Counted from the first letter of the stretch, positions 16,217 through 26,107 are shown. The stretch is DNA of 32,000 nucleotides from Copranaerobaculum intestinale (GCF_009831105.1 NZ_WUUQ01000005.1:30796-62795), one strand, 5' to 3'. Notes: a model not told the origin generated them from the sequence alone. Translations and numbers: made by a program.

Positions 16217-16741
16217 ATGCAAATTGTGGTGATAAGTGATACTCATGGTGAATGGAACCGAGCCAGACAGGTATTTGATGCCTATCCCAATGCCGATGTA
16301 TTTATTCATTGCGGTGATATCGGATATGATCCGAAGGACTTGCCACCGTGCTGTTATGTAAAAGGGAATCACGATATCAGTCAGCCGTTTCCGCCTCGGC
16401 GGATTCTTCATGAAGCTGGTTATACGATGCTTGTTACACACGGTCAGTGTTATGAGCAGGAAGTGCTGGAAAGAATTGTCATCCGCAAAGGAATGCATTA
16501 TGAAGAGATGCAGCGGGAATTGGTACAGATATTGGAGGATCGGCTGTGTCTGGAAGCTGAGAAATACGGTTGTCAGATTGTTCTTTACGGTCATACACAT
16601 GTTGCATCAATCAGTCAGCGAAAGGGAGTGTGGCTGATCAATCCCGGTTCTCTTGCTTATGGGGAATCGGGATGTACTTATGCGGTTATAGAGTTGGGTG
16701 AGGATGTTAAAGCAGAAATAAGAAAGATCAAGGGTGAATAA
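16217..16741 (+). CDS. YfcE/MJ0936-family metallophosphoesterase
   Basis: Motifs ISDTHG, HCGDIG, GNHD and LYGHTH are present. GGAGG lies 5 nt upstream of the ATG. Confidence 0.85.
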   Translation: MQIVVISDTHGEWNRARQVFDAYPNADVFIHCGDIGYDPKDLPPCCYVKGNHDISQPFPPRRILHEAGYTMLVTHGQCYEQEVLERIVIRKGMHYEEMQRELVQILEDRLCLEAEKYGCQIVLYGHTHVASISQRKGVWLINPGSLAYGESGCTYAVIELGEDVKAEIRKIKGE

Positions 16742-16745
16742 GAAG

Positions 16746-17936
16746 ATGAATGCGGAAATTATTTGTGTGGGGACAGAGCTGTTGCTGGGGGATATTGTCA
16801 ATACCAATGCTCAGTATATCGCCAGGCAGTTAGCCGGACTGGGTATCGATGTTTTTTACCAAAGTGTGGTTGGAGATAATGAAAAGCGGCTTTTAGAGCA
16901 TCTGGAACGGGTCATCGAGCGCTGTGATATTTTGATTATGACCGGTGGCTTGGGTCCTACGAAGGATGATATGACAAAAGAGGCAGTTGCACAGTTTTTT
17001 GATGCACCGCTGATTTTCAATCAAGTTGCCTTTGATAATATGGATAAGCGGGTGCGAGCCTTTACTCATCAGGGACCATCGCATAGCAATCAGAAACAGG
17101 CCTATGTGCCGAAGGGTGCGATCATTTTACAGAATGCGCATGGAACTGCTCCGGGATTTATCCTGAAAACGCGGAAGAAAGTAATTGTCGTGCTTCCGGG
17201 ACCGCCGAAAGAGATGAAACCGATGTTTGATAAGCAGGTAGTACCGTATCTGCGGCAGCTTTCAGATAAAATTCTAGTATCAAAAACCTTGTATATGTTT
17301 GGCATCAGCGAGGCGAAAGTAAACGATCTATGTGCGGATTTGATGGACAGTAAAAATCCTACCCTGGCGCCATATGCAAAAGAAAACGGTGTAGAACTGC
17401 GGCTGACCGGTGCTGCCCGCAATGAGGAAAAGGCGGTCCGCATGATGGAGCCGATGCTGAAGGAATTGTATCGGCGGCTTGGAACATTTATTTACAGCGG
17501 CAGCGGCCGTACCCTGGAAGAAGTAGCGGTTCATAATTTATTACATAAACGGCAGCGGCTGGCAGTCATCGAGGGTGCTACCCGCGGTCATCTCATCTAT
17601 AAGCTGGCACAGGTTGAAGGCATGCGTAAAGTGCTGTCCTTTAATCGTGTTGCGGTTACCGAGGAACAATTCCGGCAGTTTCACTATGCTAATAATTATG
17701 TTTCTGACAGCTACGTGCGATTGCTGGCCGAGCAGTTTTTTTGGCAGCTAGGATGTGTCAGTGTCGTTACCTCGCTCAGTGAACTGGATGAGATAGGAAA
17801 GCGTCATATCTACACCGCAATCTGCTGTGATGAAGGATGCTTTAGCGCGCATATCGAAGTATTTGGTGATGAGACCGAAATCATCAACCGGGTTTGTAAT
17901 CATGCCTTGAATTTACTGAGACTTCATATTTCCTAG
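16746..17936 (+). CDS. cinA: competence/damage-inducible protein CinA (MoCF-binding N-domain + diverged CinA C-domain)
   Basis: MNAEIICVGTELLLGDIVNTNAQYIARQLAGLGIDVFYQSVVGDN and ILIMTGGLGPTKDDMTKEA are classic CinA N-domain motifs. The start is moved to ATG 16746. Confidence 0.85.
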   Translation: MNAEIICVGTELLLGDIVNTNAQYIARQLAGLGIDVFYQSVVGDNEKRLLEHLERVIERCDILIMTGGLGPTKDDMTKEAVAQFFDAPLIFNQVAFDNMDKRVRAFTHQGPSHSNQKQAYVPKGAIILQNAHGTAPGFILKTRKKVIVVLPGPPKEMKPMFDKQVVPYLRQLSDKILVSKTLYMFGISEAKVNDLCADLMDSKNPTLAPYAKENGVELRLTGAARNEEKAVRMMEPMLKELYRRLGTFIYSGSGRTLEEVAVHNLLHKRQRLAVIEGATRGHLIYKLAQVEGMRKVLSFNRVAVTEEQFRQFHYANNYVSDSYVRLLAEQFFWQLGCVSVVTSLSELDEIGKRHIYTAICCDEGCFSAHIEVFGDETEIINRVCNHALNLLRLHIS

Positions 17937-18017
17937 GAAATGTAAAAATTTCATGAATTACCGTACAGATTTCCGATTATTTGATATGATACATATAAGA
18001 AAAGATGAGGGTACGAT

Positions 18018-19310
18018 ATGTTTACGAAAATCTTAACAAAACTCGGCTTCACCAAAGAAGAGACTAGCTGGATTCTTTACGATGTCGGAAATTCTGCCCA
18101 GGTGCTGATGACGATGACCGTTCTGTTTCCGCTCTTAATCAATCGTATTACACCGGGTGACAGCAGTGTTTATGTCGGTTGGGCGAACGCTATATACGGT
18201 GCTATATTAGCCGTTTTGTCCCCTGTGCTGGGAACGGTCGCCGACTATCAGGGACAGAAAAAACGCTTATTTCGCATTTTCCTTTATATCGGTATTATTG
18301 CCGGCTTTGCTTTGGCACTTCCATTTATCGGTTATCAGGCCGCAATCGTTATCTTTATCATAGCGATGATCGGATATAATGGTTCCATTATATTCTATGA
18401 TGCATTTTTAGTGGATGTTACATCGGATGATCGGGTAAATAAAGTATCCTCTGCCGGCTATGCGTGGGGCTATATCGGTTCTGTCCTGCCATTTTTAATC
18501 TTTATAATACCTTTCGCGGCCGTTACCTTGTTCGGTGATGAAAATGGAACATTGATGCTGGGAAGCTTCGCTCTGACATATCGGTTAGCGGTTGGCATCT
18601 CAATGGGTCTGAGTGTTTTCTGGTGGTTCGCATATTCTCGTCCGCTGCTGAAGAATGTTCATCAGCGCCAGTATCATGAGCCGACCAAGCATATTGTCAA
18701 GGATTCCTTTTTACGGCTGTTCAACACGTTTAAAAATATCAAAGCAAACCGTAATATCTTTCTATTCTGCATATCCTATTTCTTTTACATTGACTGTGTA
18801 AATACTGTTATCAAGATGGCTGTATCACTTGCAACGGATATGGGAGTATCTGATATCATGAGCCTGGCAGTAGTGATCGCCATTCAATTTATCGCTTTTC
18901 CAAGTGCAATCTACTTTGGCCGGCTGGTCGATCGTTTCGGTTCAAAATGTATGATCTATGCCGGTATCGTCGGTTACTTCTTTATCATTGCATTCGGTGC
19001 TATGATTCCGTCTAATGTGAATTTGATCTGGGTGGTCGGCGTGCTGGTGGGGCTGTTTCAGGGAGGTATTCAATCGGTATCCCGTTCGTACTTCACGCTA
19101 TTGATTCCGGCCAAGGAGGATGCTAATGAATACTTCGGCTTCTTCTCTGTATTCTCAAAATTTTCAGCGATTTTGGGACCGATCGCGGTATCCCTTGTTA
19201 TCACCCTATCCGGCAATACTTCCTATGGTATTCTGGGGTTGATTCCGATGATGATAATCGGCGGTATCGTATTGATATTTGTCAAGGATCCAAAACCAAA
19301 TCAGGAGTAA
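18018..19310 (+). CDS. MFS transporter (UMF1/Atg22-like subfamily)
   Basis: 430 aa and about 12 predicted TM helices. The N-terminus EETSWILYDVGNSAQ is typical of the UMF1 subfamily. Confidence 0.75.
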   Translation: MFTKILTKLGFTKEETSWILYDVGNSAQVLMTMTVLFPLLINRITPGDSSVYVGWANAIYGAILAVLSPVLGTVADYQGQKKRLFRIFLYIGIIAGFALALPFIGYQAAIVIFIIAMIGYNGSIIFYDAFLVDVTSDDRVNKVSSAGYAWGYIGSVLPFLIFIIPFAAVTLFGDENGTLMLGSFALTYRLAVGISMGLSVFWWFAYSRPLLKNVHQRQYHEPTKHIVKDSFLRLFNTFKNIKANRNIFLFCISYFFYIDCVNTVIKMAVSLATDMGVSDIMSLAVVIAIQFIAFPSAIYFGRLVDRFGSKCMIYAGIVGYFFIIAFGAMIPSNVNLIWVVGVLVGLFQGGIQSVSRSYFTLLIPAKEDANEYFGFFSVFSKFSAILGPIAVSLVITLSGNTSYGILGLIPMMIIGGIVLIFVKDPKPNQE

Positions 19311-19311
19311 G

Positions 19312-19335
19312 AAACCGCCGATGCGGTTTTTTCTT
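19312..19335 (+). terminator. rho-independent terminator
   Basis: AAACCGC, loop CGAT, GCGGTTT, followed by TTTC. Confidence 0.8.
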
Positions 19336-19399
19336 TCCATGTGATGTTTCCTGTCAGAATATGGTATGATAAGTAACATAAAAAGGAGGACTGTAAATT

Positions 19400-22174
19400 A
19401 TGAAAAAGGTCTACCTTGGGCTATTGAGCTTGTTACTGGCGTGCGGGGTTATCATACCGGGTCAGATGTTACAGGTATCGGCAGTTTCCGCTAAAGATAT
19501 CGCAAATGATGAGTTATATCATATCGTGGATCATCGAAGTGATGGGACAGCAGTTGACAAGAAACAGACCGCTTCCTTAAAGAATGCGGAGGAACTGTAT
19601 GAGGATGCTTTGAAGACCTCACGCAATCCGGCCATTTATTATCAGGGAAAGATACTGAAGATTCAATACGGTATCGTAACCTTTAAACGTGAAGCAACCT
19701 GTGCCTATAATGTCAACTACACCAATGTGATGAATGGTGAAGCCGGTTATACGAATGCGTGCTATGGTGCTGATGCGGCATATATCAGCAGTGGCGAAGA
19801 TTATCAGACTGCCGCTTTTTTGATCTCCGGTGTCGGCGGACGGGCGGTTATGGACGATGTGGAAATTTTGCCGTTGGAACAGGTGAAGCAGCTTTCTGCT
19901 TATGAGGTCATCGAGGGGGAGCTGTATCATCACATCAAAACCTCACTTTCCTCAAAGGGTTACGGAAATACGGTCGTACTGGATCAGGCCCCGGATTATC
20001 TAAAGGCAGATAAGGTGTATTACAGCTATGACGGGCATTCCTTTTATACAAAATCAAAGCTTACGGATATGATTGATGATATACGAAATGGAACGGATGA
20101 GCATGCCGTCAATGCCGGTAATCCTTATTATAATTATTATCAATATCTGCCGCATCGCTCCGTTACTGCTTATACATCCAAAGCGATTACGAATTATTTA
20201 AAAGACGATCAGGGACTGAAAAAGGAAATCCGCGGTTATATGGATATGGATGGTGATGGTCTCCATGATATATGGACACAATCCTTATTGGCAGACAGTG
20301 CTGTGCCGTTTTTAGAGTATCAGAATATGTATGGCGCCAATGCCTTGATGATGATGGCTTTGGCAATGAATGAAAGCGGCATGGGACGAAGCAGTATCAG
20401 TTATCAGAAAAATAATCTATTCGGTCATGCGGCGTTTGATTCATCAGCGCAGGAAAGCGCGTCTCGTTATGATAAAGTTTCGCAGAGCATTTATTCCCAT
20501 GCCAGAAATTATATTTCTAAATCCTATTTGAATCCAAAGCAGTATATGTATCATGGCGGATTCTTTGGGGATAAACAAAGCGGAATGAATGTATCCTATG
20601 CCTCAGATCCATATTGGGGAGAGAAAGCTGCGTCTTATATGTACCGAATGGATCGTTCCATGGGTTTTCAGGATCGAAGCCGTTATACCTTAGGCATTCA
20701 TACAAACTTTGAAAATGTTGCCGTCTATGCATCACCAAAAGCAAAAGCAAAAACGCTGTATGAAACCAAGGCGATCAGCAGTATGTCCTTTTCGATTATT
20801 AAAACGGTCAAGAATAAGGCGGGAACCTGGTATCAGATTCAGACCGATCCGATTGTAAGTGCGCGAAAGGGAAATGCGGAAGCCTATAATTTTTCAGACA
20901 ACATCGGCTATATCAAAGCAGCGGATATTGCAGTATTATTGAAAAGTGAGAAAAACCCTACCCATACCTTCTATGACATCACATTTGACGGAAAAGGCGG
21001 TACCTTTGAGGACGGCAGTAAAAAGATCCAGCTGTCGGTACAAAAGGGAACGGTTCCGGCAGTTGATGCGCCGGTAAAGAAAAATATGCTGTTTACCGGG
21101 TGGAAAGAAACCTTGAGCAGTGCTGCGAAAAAGAAAACATATCATGCGAAGTATCAAAAGATCAAAAAAATAGAATGGATTACAAAGCCAAAGGCTTCCT
21201 ATATCATCGGGGATCAGTTAGATGTGACGGCTGGTAAAGTAAAGCTGACCTTCGCTGATAAATCCACTATAAATATTTCTGTTACTCCGGATATGGTATC
21301 CGATTATCATCTGGATAAGGCAGGTAAGCAGAAGGTAACGGTAAAAGTCGGCGGTGTATCTATATCCTATTCCATTCAGGTACGAAAAAAGGATGCAAAG
21401 AAAGAAGCGATTGATCAATCTATAACTGCCATGATTGAAACCTATCATAGCAAAGTTATGCTGAATGAAGATGCCAAAAAGGCTATTTTGAAAGTTAAAA
21501 AACAAGTACAGGAGTATGGAAAACAATTCTTTACGATCACCGATATCCGTTCGATGGATAAATTGTTTCAACGAGCCCTCGGTGATAATCTGAAAGTAAC
21601 TTTGAAAACCTTTGATAAACGGATCAGCGTATCGGGTCTGTCATTACTATCGAATATAAAAGCAAATGATAAAAATGAAATTGTATTCACCATTTCAGAT
21701 AAGGGAGACGCTGATGCGAAAGACCTGATCAGTGAGCTTGCGAAAGCCAATCATGTCCAGGTCGACAATTATCGTTTTATTGATATATCGGACAATGGGA
21801 AAGCAATAAAAGCCTTGGATACGCAGGTAGTTGTGTCCCTTCCAAAACCGGATGACACGAAGCAGACAGATCAGTATGAGGTATTGTTTAGCAATGGTCA
21901 AGATGTTGTGAAAATGCCGGTCATGCAAACAAAAAACAAGGTTGTCTTTAAGCTTGACCGCACCGGAACGTTTGCGCTGGTTCATCGCAGCGATATTGCC
22001 GTTACTGCGGTGGATGATGTCAAAGAGGTAACGACAACTGATGAGGAAAGCATACCTTGGATGATGATACTTGCGATTGGTGCCGGAATATTGGCAGTAA
22101 TGATGATCCTGGTCATTCTGTTTATGAGACTGCGCCGCAAAAAAGGGAAAAAGCATCAAGTGAATCATCACTAA
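19400..22174 (+). CDS. large cell-surface peptidoglycan hydrolase: signal peptide, GH73 N-acetylglucosaminidase domain, SH3-like, Listeria-Bacteroides (Flg_new) repeat, Ig-like domain, C-terminal TM anchor
   Basis: Signal peptide MKKVYLGLLSLLLACGV. GH73 motif ALAMNESGMGRSSISYQKNNLFGHAAFD. Flg_new-like YDITFDGKGGTF...FTGWKE. Ig-like KVTVKVGGVSISYSIQV. C-terminal anchor WMMILAIGAGILAVMMILVILFMRLRRKKGKK. Confidence 0.8.
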   Translation: MKKVYLGLLSLLLACGVIIPGQMLQVSAVSAKDIANDELYHIVDHRSDGTAVDKKQTASLKNAEELYEDALKTSRNPAIYYQGKILKIQYGIVTFKREATCAYNVNYTNVMNGEAGYTNACYGADAAYISSGEDYQTAAFLISGVGGRAVMDDVEILPLEQVKQLSAYEVIEGELYHHIKTSLSSKGYGNTVVLDQAPDYLKADKVYYSYDGHSFYTKSKLTDMIDDIRNGTDEHAVNAGNPYYNYYQYLPHRSVTAYTSKAITNYLKDDQGLKKEIRGYMDMDGDGLHDIWTQSLLADSAVPFLEYQNMYGANALMMMALAMNESGMGRSSISYQKNNLFGHAAFDSSAQESASRYDKVSQSIYSHARNYISKSYLNPKQYMYHGGFFGDKQSGMNVSYASDPYWGEKAASYMYRMDRSMGFQDRSRYTLGIHTNFENVAVYASPKAKAKTLYETKAISSMSFSIIKTVKNKAGTWYQIQTDPIVSARKGNAEAYNFSDNIGYIKAADIAVLLKSEKNPTHTFYDITFDGKGGTFEDGSKKIQLSVQKGTVPAVDAPVKKNMLFTGWKETLSSAAKKKTYHAKYQKIKKIEWITKPKASYIIGDQLDVTAGKVKLTFADKSTINISVTPDMVSDYHLDKAGKQKVTVKVGGVSISYSIQVRKKDAKKEAIDQSITAMIETYHSKVMLNEDAKKAILKVKKQVQEYGKQFFTITDIRSMDKLFQRALGDNLKVTLKTFDKRISVSGLSLLSNIKANDKNEIVFTISDKGDADAKDLISELAKANHVQVDNYRFIDISDNGKAIKALDTQVVVSLPKPDDTKQTDQYEVLFSNGQDVVKMPVMQTKNKVVFKLDRTGTFALVHRSDIAVTAVDDVKEVTTTDEESIPWMMILAIGAGILAVMMILVILFMRLRRKKGKKHQVNHH

Positions 22175-22292
22175 AAACGATTATCGGTAATTAATTTAGA
22201 GTAATATTTATATCAAAAATATGAGGGTGGTTAAGATGTGACTGCCCTTTTTTATGGAAGCAGCTTCATTTTGCTGTTAACTGCGTTTCCGA

Positions 22293-22321
22293 TTGACAAA
22301 GTAATCAGTTGATTGTATTAT
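22293..22321 (+). promoter_or_regulatory. promoter candidate for the GT4 gene
   Basis: TTGACA (22293-22298), 17 nt, TATTAT (22316-22321). Confidence 0.55.
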
Positions 22322-22350
22322 TGTATTAGATAATTAATACAATAATACAA
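22313..22350. promoter_or_regulatory. 38-bp perfect palindrome built from TTGTATTA units (operator candidate)
   Basis: TTGTATTATTGTATTA (22313-22328), gataat, TAATACAATAATACAA (22335-22350). The 16-bp arms are perfect, overlap the -10 and end 32 nt before the start codon. Confidence 0.6.
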
Positions 22351-22381
22351 ATGTAATACACAGTGAGACAGGAGAAGCAAA

Positions 22382-23452
22382 ATGGAAAAAATAAAAATTA
22401 ATATGCTTTCAAGTGCCGATAAAATAGACGGTCAAGGAGTTGGAAGTGCTTATCTGGAACAAGTAAGACTGATCAAAGAGGGGGCAGCGGAACTGTTTAC
22501 AGTTACTCTTAACGGTTCTAAAAAGTGTGATATTCTGCATCTTCACACGGTTGAACCGAGGAACTACGTCAAAATGAAAATGAGCCATGCGGCCAGTGTC
22601 TGCTATGTCCATTTCCTACCGGATACACTGGATGGAAGCATTGATCTGCCAATGCCAATCTTTAAATTATTTAAAAAGTATGTAATTTCTTTATATAGGT
22701 ATGCAGATTATCTGATTGTAGTAAATCCTATTTTCATACATGCCCTGGAAAATCATGGAATCCCGCGTAAGAAGCTGGTGTATATTCCTAATTATGTTTC
22801 CAAAGAAGCGTTTTACCAAAAACCGCGATGTGAAGTTCGTGCTTTGAGAAATGCGTATGATATTGATGAGAATGCTTTTGTGGTGATCGGCGTTGGGCAG
22901 GTGCAGACTCGTAAGGGAGTACTGGACTTTGTTGAAACAGCGCGATGCTTGCCGGATATCACCTTTATTTGGTGCGGGGGATTTTCTTTTGGGCGGATAA
23001 CGGACGGGTATGAAAAACTGAAAAAAATTATGGAAAACCCTCCGCAAAACGTGAAATTTTTAGGTATTGTGCCGCGCGCCAAGATGAACGAGCTTTACAA
23101 TATTGCCGATGTTTTATTTATGCCGTCTTATAATGAATTGTTTCCCATGGCGATTTTAGAAGCGGTAAATCTGCATCTTCCGTTGGTGCTGCGCGATCTT
23201 GATCTTTATGAAGACATTCTTTTTCATAAATATTTAAGCGGTAAGAAGAATGAAACCTTTGTTTCACAAATTCGCAGCTTAAAGGAGAATGCGGAGGTTT
23301 ATGCGCAAAGTATTAGATGGTCAGAGGAAATCAGTGAATTTTATTCGAAAGAAAATGTTTTAAATATGTGGATCACTTTTTATAAAAGGGTATATCGGGA
23401 ACATAAACAGAAACTGGAAATAAAGAATTCCCGATCTATTAAGAAAGAATAG
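22382..23452 (+). CDS. GT4-family (GT-B fold) glycosyltransferase
   Basis: The N-terminus KINMLSSADKIDGQGVGSAY and the C-terminal PSYNELFPMAILEAV (E-x7-E-type motif) are typical of GT4 glycolipid/teichoic-acid glycosyltransferases. Confidence 0.75.
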   Translation: MEKIKINMLSSADKIDGQGVGSAYLEQVRLIKEGAAELFTVTLNGSKKCDILHLHTVEPRNYVKMKMSHAASVCYVHFLPDTLDGSIDLPMPIFKLFKKYVISLYRYADYLIVVNPIFIHALENHGIPRKKLVYIPNYVSKEAFYQKPRCEVRALRNAYDIDENAFVVIGVGQVQTRKGVLDFVETARCLPDITFIWCGGFSFGRITDGYEKLKKIMENPPQNVKFLGIVPRAKMNELYNIADVLFMPSYNELFPMAILEAVNLHLPLVLRDLDLYEDILFHKYLSGKKNETFVSQIRSLKENAEVYAQSIRWSEEISEFYSKENVLNMWITFYKRVYREHKQKLEIKNSRSIKKE

Positions 23453-23571
23453 GGAATGTAAGGATCATTATCAAATATTATTAATGATTGATTGATGGAT
23501 AAAGTGATCCTTTCAATAATCATTCTTGTTTATATTTTTAGCTTATTGTTTACCAAGCAGCTCATATAATT

Positions 23572-23601
23572 AAACCGCTGAAAATCTCAGCGGTTTTGTT
23601 T
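23572..23601. terminator. bidirectional terminator between convergent GT4 and NUDIX genes
   Basis: AAACCGCTGA, loop AAATC, TCAGCGGTTT, then TGTTT. The hairpin overlaps the NUDIX stop codon. Confidence 0.8.
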
Positions 23602-23979
23602 AGATTGAATTTTTTGAATAATTGCCCGATCGGCTTTCTGAAATCCATAATCGTTTAGTTCATCTGCCGAAACCCATTGCATTTCCTTGTGAACATGCAG
23701 GGTTGGCTGTCCCCTGAGGATTCTGCAGCGATAGGCATGGACATGAAGCAGGGTATCATCGAATGCATCCTCCACCGTTGTCAAATATTCAAGGATCTCC
23801 ACGTCAACATCCAGTTCTTCTTTTAATTCGCGCTTCACCGCATCCTCGCGGCTTTCTTTGGGCTCTACTTTCCCGCCGGGGAATTCCCATATATCTTCAT
23901 GAATGCCTTTTCCCCGTTTGGCGATGAGATAGACGTTTCCCTGTTCAATCGCGCCGCATACCACTTCGATTTCTTTCAT
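23587..23979 (-). CDS. NUDIX hydrolase (MutT-like 8-oxo-dGTP/CTP pyrophosphohydrolase)
   Basis: Nudix box GGKVEPKESREDAVKRELKEELDV. The start is moved to MKEIEVV (RBS GAGGTGA). The longer track ORF has no RBS and overlaps the divergent gene. Confidence 0.85.
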   Translation of the reverse strand: MKEIEVVCGAIEQGNVYLIAKRGKGIHEDIWEFPGGKVEPKESREDAVKRELKEELDVDVEILEYLTTVEDAFDDTLLHVHAYRCRILRGQPTLHVHKEMQWVSADELNDYGFQKADRAIIQKIQSKQNR

Positions 23980-24071
23980 GCTGTTCACCTCACAGGTATT
24001 GTAAAACGATTTTCCTTTTTCAGCAATCAAAATCGAGTCTTGGGTATTGATACCTGGATCGGTAAAATTTC

Positions 24072-24080
24072 TGATATAAT
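24072..24080 (+). promoter_or_regulatory. extended -10 promoter element for the TPR/Sel1 gene
   Basis: TGaTATAAT lies 28 nt upstream of ATG 24109. There is no good -35 at 17-nt spacing. Confidence 0.45.
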
Positions 24081-24108
24081 AGGGGTGACAAGACCGGGAG
24101 GTGACAGC

Positions 24109-25188
24109 ATGGAATGGGAACACTATCGGGAAGCAGTTCAGGAAGAGGACTGGCAGGAGGCATTGCGGCTTTTAAAACAGGATGATGATCTGCCAAGAGA
24201 TGAACTGTATTATCAAATGGGTTGGATATATGTTCAGTGCGGCGATTTGCAGAAAGCTCTGCATCAGTTTTATCAGGCGGTTTCGGCAGGGCGTGATGAC
24301 GGAGAGATCAATTATCAGATCGGCAGTATTTTGAATATGCAGTCACAATGTCGAAATGCGGTTATGTTTTTGGAGGAAGCTATCCACAAAGGCAAGGATG
24401 ATGAAGTAACCAACAGTGAATTAGGGTTGGCCTTGAAGCGGATCGGCAAGACACAGCAGGCAAACCGCACATTGAAAAAAGCTATTCAGATGTATCGCAG
24501 CCATATGCAAAATCACCATACCGATTTGGATATGATTTCTCGAATTGCTTATCTCTATGGGGAAATGGGAGAATGGCGGTCACAGCTCGAATATCTGCAG
24601 ATGGCGAAGGATGCGGGCCGTGATGATTTGTGGCTGAAGCTGTCTTCGGCGGAGGCATGCATGAAGCTGAAAGAATATCACGCTGCCTTTGATGAATACC
24701 GGGATGCGGCAAGAGCCGGCGATATGAACGCGCAGTTTCAGTTGGCGCAGATGTATCGCAAAGGTATTGGCACCGATAAAAACAGCGGTAAAGCGCTCAT
24801 CTGGCTGGAACGGGCCTATGCTTCCAATCACCCTAAGGCTGCGGAAGAATTGTCCATGATGTATTTTTATGGGGAAGGTATTCCCGCAGATAAGCAGATG
24901 GCCTTTACCTGGCTGGAGCGAAGCCGTGAAAGCAGTGATCCCAATATGCTTTGCGAGATCGGTAAACAATTCTATCAGGGACTGGGGATCGACCGCAATC
25001 TGGCAACGGCAATTCTGTATTTTGAACAGGCGGCGGCGCTCGATCAGCCGGAAGCTCAGTATTACTTGGCCCGCATGTATGATGAGGGTGAAGGATTTGT
25101 TCAGGACCGTGAACGTGCCTTGTACTGGTATCGCCGTGCTGCGGAAAACGGAAATCGCATCGCCGTGCAAATCTTATCAACTCGGTAA
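24109..25188 (+). CDS. TPR + Sel1-like repeat protein (cytoplasmic)
   Basis: The start is at MEWEHYREAV (RBS GGGAGGTGA). The C-terminal half holds repeated Sel1 units (AQFQLAQMYRKGIGTDKNSGKALIWLERA; AAEELSMMYFYGEGIPADKQMAFTWLERS; AQYYLARMYDEGEGFVQDRERALYWYRRAA). Confidence 0.8.
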   Translation: MEWEHYREAVQEEDWQEALRLLKQDDDLPRDELYYQMGWIYVQCGDLQKALHQFYQAVSAGRDDGEINYQIGSILNMQSQCRNAVMFLEEAIHKGKDDEVTNSELGLALKRIGKTQQANRTLKKAIQMYRSHMQNHHTDLDMISRIAYLYGEMGEWRSQLEYLQMAKDAGRDDLWLKLSSAEACMKLKEYHAAFDEYRDAARAGDMNAQFQLAQMYRKGIGTDKNSGKALIWLERAYASNHPKAAEELSMMYFYGEGIPADKQMAFTWLERSRESSDPNMLCEIGKQFYQGLGIDRNLATAILYFEQAAALDQPEAQYYLARMYDEGEGFVQDRERALYWYRRAAENGNRIAVQILSTR

Positions 25189-25279
25189 GTACGCTTTTTA
25201 GACAGAAGAAATGATTTGTATATAGCATATTTCCTACTTTCTTTTACAATAGGAGGTGGATAAGAGGCAGGTGAAGGCA

Positions 25280-25516
25280 ATGAGCGTCGATCGTAAAATA
25301 AAAAAAGCAATCATGGAGATTGCTTTGAATCCGCTTTTGAATCATCGTGATAAGAATCGAAAGCGCACCGCCCGCAATGTGATGGAACTGGGGCTTTCGC
25401 TGCGGGTTCGTCCAATGGAAATACAAGAGTATGACCGCCTGTATGAGGAACTGCTGATCCTATTACTCAGTGCAGATAAAGACACTATCTTGGAGTGGAT
25501 GCTGGATCACTTTTAG
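25280..25516 (+). CDS. hypothetical small protein (78 aa)
   Basis: The ORF is convergent with tetR and their stop codons overlap. The start is ambiguous (GTG 25256, GTG 25271 or ATG 25280). No family was recognised. Confidence 0.4.
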   Translation: MSVDRKIKKAIMEIALNPLLNHRDKNRKRTARNVMELGLSLRVRPMEIQEYDRLYEELLILLLSADKDTILEWMLDHF

Positions 25517-26082
25517 CGGGAAACCTGCTCCCGATATTTGCGGTAAGCGATTTTTTCTGTATCCTCAACCAGCTTTTCCAGCTGCTCGGCCAGCTGTTCC
25601 GGAGTTGATTTCATACCCTCATAAATCCAACTGATAATACAGCCGCTGACTCCATAGGCATAGAAGCGGGCGTAAAATTCTTTATCCTTGGCATCCAAAT
25701 GATGTTCGCTATCCAGGTCTTCAATAGCCTGTAAGAAAACCGTAGTGGTCAAGTTCTGCAAATATCCCTGAAGATATACTTCTTCACTGCGGATCGTCCG
25801 GATATAAAAGGCTTCATCCGCTTTCATAATTTTAAATAAGGAAAGCAGGTGTTCATTCCAATTTTCGAAGGTTACGCCGTCAATTGTCGGGATGACTGCT
25901 TCCTGATAATAAATCCAGTTTAACAGTTCATATTTATCCTGAAAATGGTAATAGAAGGTCTGTCGGTTCAGTCCGCACTGGCCGGCGATATCCGAAACAC
26001 TGATCTTTGAAAAATCTTTTTTTAAGAGCAGGGTCTTGAATCCCTGGGCGATTGCCTGCTTGGTAATTTTTGACTCGGGCAT
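25513..26082 (-). CDS. TetR/AcrR family transcriptional regulator (DhaS-like subgroup)
   Basis: HTH region ITKQAIAQGFKTLLLKKDFSKISVSDIAGQCGLNRQTFYYHFQDKYELLNWIY. RBS GGAGTGAAGGAG. Confidence 0.85.
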   Translation of the reverse strand: MPESKITKQAIAQGFKTLLLKKDFSKISVSDIAGQCGLNRQTFYYHFQDKYELLNWIYYQEAVIPTIDGVTFENWNEHLLSLFKIMKADEAFYIRTIRSEEVYLQGYLQNLTTTVFLQAIEDLDSEHHLDAKDKEFYARFYAYGVSGCIISWIYEGMKSTPEQLAEQLEKLVEDTEKIAYRKYREQVSR

Positions 26083-26107
26083 GCTCCTTCACTCCTTTAT
26101 GTACCCC

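Noticed and set aside
21695-22171. 158-aa minus-strand ORF at the 3' end of the GH73 gene
   Set aside because: It is antisense to a well-supported gene. It has no RBS, and the His/Cys/Arg-rich translation resembles no known fold.
22175-22260. A rho-independent terminator after the GH73 gene
   Set aside because: Only 4-bp stems (AGGG/CCCT, CAGC/GCTG) could be formed despite a T-run at 22246-22251, which is too weak to call.
24482-25310. Minus- and plus-strand ORFs (24580-25170, 24905-25228, 24869-25201, 25101-25310) overlapping the TPR/Sel1 gene
   Set aside because: They are shadow frames of a repeat-rich gene. They have no RBS and odd composition, while the Sel1 repeats read cleanly in the annotated frame.
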